Positions 29,714-37,844 of a DNA stretch of 64,000 nucleotides are shown here, piece by piece. A model generated the notes under the pieces. The model was not told the DNA's origin and did not search any database. It was given only the letters and a program-made list of their open reading frames with translations. A program made the position numbers and the translations under genes. Origin of the DNA: an uncultured Clostridia bacterium (GTDB lineage Bacteria; Bacillota; Clostridia; Peptostreptococcales; Anaerovoracaceae); NCBI GenBank assembly GCA_938045615.1, contig CALIBC010000178.1, positions 162,481 to 226,480 on the forward strand, given 5' to 3'. Every line of letters begins with the position of its first letter. Position 1 is the stretch's first letter.

Positions 29714-29872
29714 ATGAGCGTATATGTATGTGGTGCTTGTGGATGGGAATATGACCCTGAAGTGGGCGATCCGGATAACGGAATTGCACCCGGAACGAAA
29801 TTTGAAGATCTTCCGGACGATTTTGAGTGTCCGCTGTGCGGCATGGGCAAAGCAGTCTTCAAGGAGAAATAG
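29714..29872 (+). CDS. Rubredoxin (52 aa; below the ORF-track length cut-off)
   Basis: My own translation is [52 protein letters not shown]. It has both CxxC pairs, and AGGAGG lies 7 nt upstream of the ATG. Confidence 0.9.
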   Translation: MSVYVCGACGWEYDPEVGDPDNGIAPGTKFEDLPDDFECPLCGMGKAVFKEK

Positions 29873-29875
29873 AAC

Positions 29876-30466
29876 ATGAGTGCAATATTCAAATTGACAT
29901 ACGGGCTATTTGTTCTTTCCGCAAAGGATGGCGACAAGGATAACGGTTGTATCATAAATACGGCACTTCAAGTCACAGACTCGCCTTTGCAGTTGTCGAT
30001 AACCCTGAACAAAGCGAACTATACCCACGACATGATTAAAAACACGGGCAAGTTCAACCTGTCGGTTTTGTCGCAGGAAGCGCCTTTTTCCATTTTTCAA
30101 CACTTCGGTATGCAGTCGGGAAAAGACGTTAATAAATTCGACGGTGAGGTTTTACGCACCTCTAACGGAATAGCTTACGTAGAGGAGGCTACCAATGCGG
30201 TGCTTTCCATTGATGTAAATAAGACGGTTGATGTCGGTACACACACGATTTTCATTGGCGAGGTCACGGAAGAAAAAATTCTTTCCGATGTTCCGTCAGC
30301 TTCATATCAGTACTATTTCGACCACATCAAGCCAAAGCCTGAGCAGAAGAAAAAGGGCTATGTCTGCAAGATTTGCGGTTATGTTTATGAGGGCGATGAG
30401 CTTCCGGAAGACTTTATTTGCCCTGTATGTAAGCATGGCGCAATAGATTTTGAGCCTCTTGAATAA
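29876..30466 (+). CDS. Flavin reductase-like domain fused to C-terminal rubredoxin domain (high-molecular-weight rubredoxin, Hrb-like)
   Basis: The N-terminal half is FMN-reductase-like (YGLFVLSAKDGDKDNGCIINT). The C-terminus is YVCKICGYVYEGDELPEDFICPVCKHG. Confidence 0.85.
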   Translation: MSAIFKLTYGLFVLSAKDGDKDNGCIINTALQVTDSPLQLSITLNKANYTHDMIKNTGKFNLSVLSQEAPFSIFQHFGMQSGKDVNKFDGEVLRTSNGIAYVEEATNAVLSIDVNKTVDVGTHTIFIGEVTEEKILSDVPSASYQYYFDHIKPKPEQKKKGYVCKICGYVYEGDELPEDFICPVCKHGAIDFEPLE

Positions 30467-30508
30467 GCGAAAAATACAAACGGAAAAAGCAAATAGAGAA
30501 CAAAATAA

Positions 30509-30608
30509 AAAACCCCCGAATGGGAAGGTGCGGCTTGTCGCAAACAAGAATTGCCGGATAGGATTTCGAGTTTGCAAGCATGGGTACGCACCTCCACAAG
30601 GGGGTTTT
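30509..30608. other. Roughly 100-nt compound hairpin (three helical segments, about 28 bp) between convergent genes; possible elaborate bidirectional terminator or small structured RNA
   Basis: AAAACCCCC/GGGGGTTTT outer stem, GGA(A)GGTGCG/CGCACCTCC middle stem, and GCTTG(TCG)CAAAC/GTTTGCAAGC inner stem. On the minus strand a T-run follows the hairpin. Confidence 0.5.
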
Positions 30609-30724
30609 AAAGTTGCTTATTTTGTTAAGCTTAAACCTCGGCGCCATCCGATCTCAGCGTCTACCCTTATTCCGGAGCTTGTCCGCCGGATTGCCGGAAA
30701 CTTTGCGCAGGGGAGCGGTGCAAT

Positions 30725-31588
30725 TTATTTGACTTTAAGAGTATATACACCGGAAGATTTTTTATATGGCTGAACCTTGATGGTACCGTTTACTTGGCGA
30801 ACCTTTCCGTGCAGACTCAATTTGAGAGTTCTTACATTGTAGCCGCGACCGACGGTAGTGGTCATCTTGTAATTTCTGAAGCCGTATGCCTTTGCTTTTA
30901 CAGTGACACGGATCCTGTCATCGGTTTGAGCCACAAATGAAACCTTGACCTTCTTTCCGCGTTTGCTGAACTTGTAGTATCTTGCCTTGCCTTTCTTTAC
31001 CACAAAACCCTTACGCGCTTTGTTCTTTTTGATTTTAGCGGCCTTGCGTTCGGATTTACCGGCTTTTCCGGTAAACTTGACAGGACTGATGTAAACCTTA
31101 TTGTAGTAGTTTCTGTCACCGTTTACGGAGTTGATCTGCGTTCCGTATCCGGAAACCTTGATCGTATAGGTTTTCCCCTTTTTTACCCCGTAAGTTATGT
31201 TCTTCATCCAGTCATAGCTCGCATTGTAGTTTACGTATTGCGGATCCGAACCGTTAACGGAAACGTAGGTCGACGTAAGCGTCGAGATGTTCAGCGCACC
31301 TGAAGTGGCAGGTTTTATAACAAAGAATGTATCTCTTTTGTTATAGTCTGCGGCGTAGTTGATCAGCACGTTGGTCTTGCCGCTGACGGAAAGAGTGCCT
31401 CCCGCATTTACGCTTGTCTCGGTGGGCGTTGAATCCTGCAGGGCAAAGCCGTCTGTGGCAGCAGGATTCGACGTGGAAGCCTTGTCTGCGTCAAAACTCG
31501 CACCGAAAACTGTTCCCGCTCCCATGAAGGAGAAAGATACTGCCAGAGAAAGTGTTAAAAGTAGCATTGTGATTTTTTTCTTTTTCAT
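30725..31588 (-). CDS. Secreted Lys-rich beta-rich protein of unknown function
   Basis: Signal peptide MKKKKITMLLLTLSLAVSFSFMGAGTVFGA. Two beta-sandwich-like halves are separated by a KAGKSERKAAKIKKNKARKG linker. Confidence 0.55.
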   Translation of the reverse strand: MKKKKITMLLLTLSLAVSFSFMGAGTVFGASFDADKASTSNPAATDGFALQDSTPTETSVNAGGTLSVSGKTNVLINYAADYNKRDTFFVIKPATSGALNISTLTSTYVSVNGSDPQYVNYNASYDWMKNITYGVKKGKTYTIKVSGYGTQINSVNGDRNYYNKVYISPVKFTGKAGKSERKAAKIKKNKARKGFVVKKGKARYYKFSKRGKKVKVSFVAQTDDRIRVTVKAKAYGFRNYKMTTTVGRGYNVRTLKLSLHGKVRQVNGTIKVQPYKKSSGVYTLKVK

Positions 31589-31871
31589 GATAAATTCTTC
31601 CTTTCACTTATGATAAATATTGAGAAAAGCGAGAAAAAATATACTCACTTGTCATCTCATACAGTATATATAAAAACGGGCCGGAAGAAAAGGGTTTTGC
31701 AGAAAGAAAAAGAATTAAGATTTTTTGATGGCGGGGCTTATGCATAAAATATTTGTAATTGTATTTAATCTGGATTATAGTGTCATATATAGTGTCAATA
31801 GAGACCGAGGTCGCCATGAAAAATTCGAGCGGATCGATTTCGAATAGGGTGTTGAGAGGAGAAAAGGGAAC

Positions 31872-34154
31872 GTGCTGTCAATTATTACGAGGAATCAGGA
31901 TAAATTTATTAGTAGAGATAATAAATTTAGAATCAGAGAAACAATGTATAGATACCTGGGAATGTTTAGGTGGTATGAAAAACTGTATTTGATTATAACC
32001 GGAGATGAAACATACCAGGAAGTGAAGGATGTATTTCTTCGGCTGGACGATATAATTGAGAAAAAAAATGAAACTTATGTTGAAGGTGAAATGAAACGGT
32101 GCGAACATTTTTTCAGGGATGTCGAAGGCAAGCAACTGGATGAGCAACAACAGCGGGCGGTTATTACCGATGACAATTGCAGCTTGATTGTCGCAGGGGC
32201 AGGCAGCGGCAAAACGTTGACGATTGCGGCAAAGGTGAAGTATCTTTGCGAGGTGAAAGGAGTGGATCCCTCAAAAATCTTGTTACTGTCATATACAAGT
32301 GCTGCGAAAGATGAAATGACGGATAGAATCAACGCTATGGGTATTAATATTCAAGCAAGCACATTTCATGCATTAGGAAGACGTATTATTGTTGATGTTG
32401 AGGGAAAATCGCCGACTGTAGAGAATAATCCTGTGCAGATTGTAAGAGAATATTTAAAGAATATAAAGGACAGAAGGCTGATGCAGAGGATTGCCCTTTT
32501 TGTACACTTGTTTGGAGATGTAAGCTATTTTTATGGAGACAGTGAACCTGAAGAAAAACCGCAAGACCATGAAGTGTATGAGAACAAAAATCTTTCAAGA
32601 GAGAATCTGCTTGCAGAAGTGAAAAAAGAGTACACGGTAAAAAAGAAAACCCTTAAAGGGGAATATGTGAAAAGCATAGAGGAAGCAACAATTGCGAACT
32701 TTTTATTTTTGAATGGCATAGAATACGAATATGAAAAACATTATCCGTACGATATCAAAAATAACCGAAGAAAAAAGTATGCCCCGGATTTCTATTTGTC
32801 CGAATATGACATATGGTGGGAACACTTTGGTATTGACCAAAAAGGAAGAGCTAAGCAATACTCCACCGAAGAAGAACGCAAGTACCTGGATGGTATTGAA
32901 TGGAAAAGAAAACTTCATAAAAGTAAAAGGACAAAATTAATCGAAACGTATTCATGGATGAACAAGGGGGGACATTTTGGGAGATGTCTAACAGAAATAT
33001 TGAAAGAAAATGGTGTGCGCTTAAACCCTATTGACTGCACCGAGATTTATGAAGCACTAAAGGAGGACACGCAGGAATTCAACAAATGCGTCAATCTCCT
33101 AGAAACATTCCTTAAGAATTATAAATCAAATGGCTATGAAAAAAATTATTTCGATGACTTGAAGCAAACTAAAGACATAACAGAGCGGGATTATATTTTT
33201 CTCGATATAGCCGAGGCCATGTTTGCGTATTATGAGAGGAAGTTGGTTGAGTCGGGTAAAATAGATTTTGATGATATGATCAATAAAGCGGCGGAATACG
33301 TTCGTAAGGGAAACTGTAATCCTCGATATCGGTACATAATAGTTGATGAGTATCAGGATATTTCCACAGCCCGTTATAATTTATTAAAGGAAATCGTGAG
33401 CCGGAGCCATGCAAACTTGCTTTGTGTCGGTGATGATTGGCAGTCCATATATCGGTTTACGGGAAGCGACGTTTCGCTCTTTAAATCATTTGAAAGGTTT
33501 TGGGGAGACTCCCGACTTATGCGCATTGAAAAAACCTATAGAAATTCGCAAGAGTTAATTGAAATTGCATCTGACTTTATAATGAAAAATCCAACGCAAA
33601 TAAAGAAAAACCTAATCTCCGATAAAAGTGAGCAGAAGCCGGTACTGTTTGTTCCATATGCTGATAATGATGCCAGGATAGAAGCGGTGAAAAAAGTAAT
33701 TGGTGATATAGAGAGAGAAAAGGAAAGAAAAAATAGGCATGAGAAGATAACGCTACTTCTGCTAATCAGAAACAATAATGATTTAACAGAGAATGATAGA
33801 AAGAAAATAGAAAAACAGGGAAAAGAAAGAGATATTGAAATCCGGGTTTCAACGGCACATAAAAGCAAGGGATTGGAAGCGGATTATGTAATCATATACA
33901 ATCTTACTGACAAGAAGGATGGTTTTCCCAATAAGATGTTGGATGATCCCGTACTCAGATTCGTTTTGCCGGAAGCAGAAGAATATGAACATGCGGAAGA
34001 AAGAAGACTTTTTTATGTGGCATTGACAAGGACAAAAAATCGTGTATATTTGTTGATCCCGGTGGAGAAAGAATCTACTCCGGTGGAGAAAGAATCTACT
34101 TTTGTATCAGAAGTAAGGGAAAGTTATAATATTGAGGACATATATCAAGCATAA
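31872..34154 (+). CDS. UvrD/Rep-family SF1 helicase, helicase IV (HelD)-like, with an inserted PD-(D/E)xK-nuclease-like module
   Basis: Walker A VAGAGSGKT, motif II IIVDEYQD, motif III VGDDWQSIYRFTGS, then YRNSQE, STAHKSKGLEADYVII and RRLFYVALTRTKNRVYLL. The insert reads FLFLNGIEYEYEKHY ... YAPDFYL ... IWWEHFG. The start is uncertain (GTG 31872 or ATG 31944). Confidence 0.85.
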   Translation: MLSIITRNQDKFISRDNKFRIRETMYRYLGMFRWYEKLYLIITGDETYQEVKDVFLRLDDIIEKKNETYVEGEMKRCEHFFRDVEGKQLDEQQQRAVITDDNCSLIVAGAGSGKTLTIAAKVKYLCEVKGVDPSKILLLSYTSAAKDEMTDRINAMGINIQASTFHALGRRIIVDVEGKSPTVENNPVQIVREYLKNIKDRRLMQRIALFVHLFGDVSYFYGDSEPEEKPQDHEVYENKNLSRENLLAEVKKEYTVKKKTLKGEYVKSIEEATIANFLFLNGIEYEYEKHYPYDIKNNRRKKYAPDFYLSEYDIWWEHFGIDQKGRAKQYSTEEERKYLDGIEWKRKLHKSKRTKLIETYSWMNKGGHFGRCLTEILKENGVRLNPIDCTEIYEALKEDTQEFNKCVNLLETFLKNYKSNGYEKNYFDDLKQTKDITERDYIFLDIAEAMFAYYERKLVESGKIDFDDMINKAAEYVRKGNCNPRYRYIIVDEYQDISTARYNLLKEIVSRSHANLLCVGDDWQSIYRFTGSDVSLFKSFERFWGDSRLMRIEKTYRNSQELIEIASDFIMKNPTQIKKNLISDKSEQKPVLFVPYADNDARIEAVKKVIGDIEREKERKNRHEKITLLLLIRNNNDLTENDRKKIEKQGKERDIEIRVSTAHKSKGLEADYVIIYNLTDKKDGFPNKMLDDPVLRFVLPEAEEYEHAEERRLFYVALTRTKNRVYLLIPVEKESTPVEKESTFVSEVRESYNIEDIYQA
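34059..34100 (+). repeat. Perfect tandem duplication 2 x 21 bp (CCGGTGGAGAAAGAATCTACT) inside the helicase 3' end
   Basis: Encodes PVEKEST-PVEKEST. The two copies are identical and in frame. Confidence 0.95.
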
Positions 34155-34253
34155 TACATATAGGAGGGGCATACGGTGTGGAGTGTTTTGTTAGCGAGGT
34201 TGTCGGACAAAAAGCAGTGAAATAGTGAAAGTAAAGAGATAGGAGACAATGAC

Positions 34254-35255
34254 ATGAAGAAACCGGTTTTGGTTGTGATGGCTGCCGGGATGGGCAGTAG
34301 ATACGGTGGGCTTAAGCAGATTGATCCCGTGAGCGATCAGGGAGAGATAATACTGGATTTTTCGCTGTATGATGCGATGATGGCGGGGTTTGAAGATGTG
34401 ATTTTCGTGATACGTGAAGAACATCGGGATGCTTTTGACGGTCTGATAAAAGATCGCGCCGGGAAGCATTTGAATATAAAATACGCATTTCAGAGTCTGA
34501 CGGATCTGCCCGTCGGATATACCGTTCCCGAGGGAAGAGAAAAACCGTGGGGAACCTGTCATGCTGTTTTCAGCGCGAGAAAACTGATCGAAGGTCCGTT
34601 TGCGGTCATAAATGCGGATGACTATTACGGTCCCGGCGCATTTTTGGGGATATATGATTTTTTGAGCCGGGATGGAGAAGAAAATAATCAAACTCGCACA
34701 GCAGTCGGCGGCAAGGGGGAATCCGGAGGCAGCGAAGATTTCGGAGAAAAAAATAAATGCGACGGAGTATATAGCTTTGCTATGGTGGGATATAAGTTGT
34801 CAAACACGCTGACCGAAAACGGATATGTGTCCAGAGGAATATGTGAAGTGTCGGAAGATGAACATCTCGTGAGGATTACGGAACGCACGAAGATCGGGAG
34901 AAAAGAGGAAAATATAGTTTTTCTTGCTGAAGACGGTAAAACGTGGGAAAAAGTTTCGCCTGAGGCGACCGCATCGATGAACTTTTGGGGATTCACAAAG
35001 CCAATGATAATGGAGATGGAAAAAGCTTTCCCAAAATTTTTGGATAGAATATATTCGGAAAATCCTCTTAAAGGAGAGTATTATCTTCCTGCAGCGGTAG
35101 AATCGTTAATAGGCGATGGTAAGGCGACGGTAAGGGTTTTAAGGTCAAATGATAAGTGGTACGGTGTTACATATAAAGAAGATAAGCCGTCGGTCGTTGC
35201 CGCACTGCGGTCGATGAAGGACAGAGGACTTTATCCGGAAAAACTTTGGGGATAG
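34254..35255 (+). CDS. Sugar-phosphate nucleotidyltransferase family protein
   Basis: N-terminal LVVMAAGMGSRYGGLKQ, KPWGTCHAV and INADDYYG motifs. The substrate is unknown. Confidence 0.75.
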   Translation: MKKPVLVVMAAGMGSRYGGLKQIDPVSDQGEIILDFSLYDAMMAGFEDVIFVIREEHRDAFDGLIKDRAGKHLNIKYAFQSLTDLPVGYTVPEGREKPWGTCHAVFSARKLIEGPFAVINADDYYGPGAFLGIYDFLSRDGEENNQTRTAVGGKGESGGSEDFGEKNKCDGVYSFAMVGYKLSNTLTENGYVSRGICEVSEDEHLVRITERTKIGRKEENIVFLAEDGKTWEKVSPEATASMNFWGFTKPMIMEMEKAFPKFLDRIYSENPLKGEYYLPAAVESLIGDGKATVRVLRSNDKWYGVTYKEDKPSVVAALRSMKDRGLYPEKLWG

Positions 35256-35258
35256 GTA

Positions 35259-35287
35259 TTGATTTTTGCTGCGGGCGCATATATAAT
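35259..35287 (+). promoter_or_regulatory. Sigma-A-type promoter of the rpsF-ssb-rpsR operon
   Basis: -35 TTGATT, a 17-bp spacer and -10 TATAAT, counted directly from the sequence. Confidence 0.6.
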
Positions 35288-35314
35288 TAAGGGGCGTGAT
35301 TTTGCGCAAATTCT

Positions 35315-35352
35315 CTGCACCATGCATCGACGTGGTGCCATTTAGTCCGCAG
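35315..35352 (+). promoter_or_regulatory. Candidate rpsF 5'-UTR leader hairpin (S6:S18 autoregulatory motif candidate)
   Basis: CTGC-ACCATG...CGTGGT-GC stem, with an asymmetric internal loop CAUUUAGUCC closed by GCAG. It abuts the GGGAGG RBS. Confidence 0.4.
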
Positions 35353-35364
35353 GGAGGTGAAAAA

Positions 35365-35655
35365 ATGACTAATTATGAACTGATGTACATTATCGATCCT
35401 ACGCTGGAGCAGGATAAGAAAGATGCCACGGTGGAGACGATCAAGGAAATCGTTACCGCAAACGGTGGGGAAATATCCGATGTGAACGTTTGGGGGATGA
35501 GAAAGCTCGCATATCCTATCGAAAAGAAGGAAGAGGGATATTACGTGGTTATGGATTTCAAAGCCGGTACCGATGTTCCCAAGGAACTTGACAGAAGGCT
35601 CAAGATTTCCGATGCTGTGATAAGACACCAGACGATCAACAAGGATCGGAAGTAA
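35365..35655 (+). CDS. rpsF: 30S ribosomal protein S6
   Basis: MTNYELMYIIDP ... WGMRKLAYPI. The start was set at ATG 35365 after GGGAGGTG. Confidence 0.95.
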   Translation: MTNYELMYIIDPTLEQDKKDATVETIKEIVTANGGEISDVNVWGMRKLAYPIEKKEEGYYVVMDFKAGTDVPKELDRRLKISDAVIRHQTINKDRK

Positions 35656-35673
35656 TAAACTGGAGGCCGGAAT

Positions 35674-36108
35674 ATGAACAGCGTAAATTTGATAGGAAGA
35701 TTGACCAGAGATCCTGAAGTCAGATATACTTCGGGAACGCAGATGGCTGTCGCAAGTTTTACAATCGCCATAGATCGCATGACAAGAGAAGGTGCCGAGA
35801 GGCAGGCGGATTTCCCAAGGATAACGGTATTCGGAAAGCAGGCGGAAAACTGTGAGAAATACCTTGTCAAAGGAAGAAAAGTTGCAATCGAGGGCAGGAT
35901 TCAGACGGGCAGTTATCAGAACAAGAACGGCGATACCGTATATACCACGGACGTTGTGGCAAACAGGGTGGAATTTCTAGAATGGGGAGATCGTCCCCAG
36001 GGAGAGTCCCAGGGCTATGGGTCACAGAGGTCACCTCAATCAAAGCAGGATTCCGGAAGTGAAATGCCGGATGCTTTCCAAGCCATTGAAGAAGATGTTC
36101 CGTTCTGA
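35674..36108 (+). CDS. ssb: Single-stranded DNA-binding protein
   Basis: [21 protein letters not shown]-fold, a Gly/Gln/Ser-rich linker and an acidic tail EEDVPF. Confidence 0.95.
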   Translation: MNSVNLIGRLTRDPEVRYTSGTQMAVASFTIAIDRMTREGAERQADFPRITVFGKQAENCEKYLVKGRKVAIEGRIQTGSYQNKNGDTVYTTDVVANRVEFLEWGDRPQGESQGYGSQRSPQSKQDSGSEMPDAFQAIEEDVPF

Positions 36109-36125
36109 GGAAAGGAGTAGCGATA

Positions 36126-36359
36126 ATGGAAAACAGAAGACACGGAGGCATGAGAAGAAGAAAAGTATGCCAGTTCTGTGCGGATAAAACAGAAGCCATA
36201 GATTACAAGAATGCTGAGAAGCTGAAGAAATTTATTACCGAAAGGGGAAAGATTCTCCCCAAAAGAGTAACGGGAACATGCGCCAAGCACCAGAGAGAAG
36301 TTACAACCGCGATCAAACGTGCAAGAGTCGTGGCTTTGCTCCCTTACGTAGCAGATTAG
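36126..36359 (+). CDS. rpsR: 30S ribosomal protein S18
   Basis: [20 protein letters not shown] ... [11 protein letters not shown] pattern. Confidence 0.95.
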   Translation: MENRRHGGMRRRKVCQFCADKTEAIDYKNAEKLKKFITERGKILPKRVTGTCAKHQREVTTAIKRARVVALLPYVAD

Positions 36360-36388
36360 CAAATAACAAAAATTTTCATGAGTACCAC

Positions 36389-36415
36389 AAAAAACTCCCC
36401 GGTGAGGGAGTTTTT
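36389..36415. terminator. Bidirectional intrinsic terminator
   Basis: A6-ACTCCC-cggtga-GGGAGT-T5, placed between rpsR (+) and the DUF4411-like gene (-). Confidence 0.8.
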
Positions 36416-36462
36416 CATTGATAATCTTGATGTAAATGAGGGAAAAGTCCCCCTTACTTATT

Positions 36463-36774
36463 TCAGTCTGCTAGCGCAGAGGGTTTATAGCAAGGGCTTT
36501 GTCGGAGATATTCCAATATTTCTTTGTATGAAATGATTATTTTTTCGTTTCTTCTGTCTATAACATGATTTGCAGTAATCCCCTCAAGCCATTCGGACAA
36601 TTCATCTTTTCCCTTTGAAATTTCAAGTTTGACCATGTCAAGAATTGCAATATGGCCACATGCTATTTCCTCTTTAAGTTTGTCCCAAAACGTGGGAAAG
36701 AAAGTGAACTGATAATACGATCTATACGGTGTGATTAGTGAGTTTGCATCAATCAAATAGATTGTGTTACTCAT
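36463..36774 (-). CDS. DUF4411 (PIN-like) family protein, apparently C-terminally short
   Basis: The N-terminus IYLIDANSLITPYRSYYQFTFFPTFWDKLKEEI...I.ILDMVKLEI...DELSEWL matches my recollection of DUF4411. It is 103 aa, against about 150 aa as I remember the family. Confidence 0.6.
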   Translation of the reverse strand: MSNTIYLIDANSLITPYRSYYQFTFFPTFWDKLKEEIACGHIAILDMVKLEISKGKDELSEWLEGITANHVIDRRNEKIIISYKEILEYLRQSPCYKPSALAD

Positions 36775-37202
36775 ATCAAATCACCTCCGGTAATGGCAAT
36801 TAATTTATCAAAGGTGGATTGATTTGTATTGGTTAAATGAAATGCGTCAGAGTATAATGTCTGCCCGGATTTTACGCTATTGAGCAAGTTGGTTAAAAAG
36901 TGACTGTCGATTTTGCTCGCAAGCGTTTTATAATAATCTCCGCCGGAGTTCTTGCCGGATTTGTTCTGGTTCTCAAATAGTGTTATGGCAGTATTGACTG
37001 TTTCTTTATAGGTTTTTTGTGTAATAAGTCCGGCATCCAGAGCTCGTCTTGCAATGACAACCGTTCCACATCTAAAAGCCCTTGCAAGCGTGACGATTTT
37101 GTCACCTTCTTTCAAAGAAGTTTTCTTTTCCCATTCTCTCAAAAACAGTTCGTACGGAACGAGAACTTCCGCTGCGCCGGCATTGCATAATGTTTCTGTA
37201 TA
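36771..37202 (-). pseudogene. ImmA/IrrE-type (DUF955-like) partner gene remnant: only the C-terminal part is present
   Basis: The open frame extends upstream of the listed Met as YTETLCNAGAAEVLVPYELFLREWEKK and then hits a stop. No HEXXH or HTH-bearing N-terminus exists before the neighbouring gene at 37282. It shares an ATGA overlap with the DUF4411 gene. Confidence 0.55.
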
Positions 37203-37281
37203 TCAAAATAACATGTATCGCTCAATCAACGGAAGCATGATTGGACTTCAACAAAAGTACGATCAATAAGTTCCTACTTAT

Positions 37282-37830
37282 TCACTTAAGAACTGCGCCG
37301 GCACCTCGGTCAAAGAAAATGCTCTTTGATGATACGGAGAGGGGTATGCCGTAACAGACGCGAACATCATCGGGGAAAATTTTCATTTGGCTTACGGCTT
37401 TTCCGATTGAATACATCACCCGGTTGTCTATCCGATTATCAGCGGCGATGGAAACTGCGGACCCTATTGCAATTCCAAGATCTGTGATGTTGAGAGCACA
37501 GTTGGCGCCGGCTTTTTTCATTGCGGAGCAGGTTGCAAATCCACACATCGAGCAGTTGTCGAGTCCGAAAGGCGCAGAGCGCACACCCAAGAGGACAGCG
37601 CAGCTGCACGCATCCAGACAGCCTGCATCTCTTCCGAGAAAAGGCTCATCGTATTCTCGGCACAGTTCATGAAGCCTTTGGACTATGGCATCTTTCTCCT
37701 TGCCGGAGACTACGGCTGCCACGACTTTATCTTTGCCGCTGGCTTTGGGAGCTGTGATTGCAGCTGCGACCATCTTACCTGCAATATCTGCGATAACACT
37801 TTCTTTTATTTCATCTAAACGCTTGATCAT
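37282..37830 (-). CDS. DUF2148 (ferredoxin-domain-containing, COG4739-like) protein
   Basis: 182 aa with the Cys-rich core DACSCAVLLG ... DNCSMCGFATC. The family assignment is from memory. Confidence 0.6.
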   Translation of the reverse strand: MIKRLDEIKESVIADIAGKMVAAAITAPKASGKDKVVAAVVSGKEKDAIVQRLHELCREYDEPFLGRDAGCLDACSCAVLLGVRSAPFGLDNCSMCGFATCSAMKKAGANCALNITDLGIAIGSAVSIAADNRIDNRVMYSIGKAVSQMKIFPDDVRVCYGIPLSVSSKSIFFDRGAGAVLK

Positions 37831-37844
37831 AGATTTTATCCTGC

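Noticed and set aside
30450-30773. A 107-aa + strand ORF across the long hairpin region.
   Set aside because: It overlaps the ends of both flanking genes, has no RBS, and its sequence is dictated by the hairpin arms.
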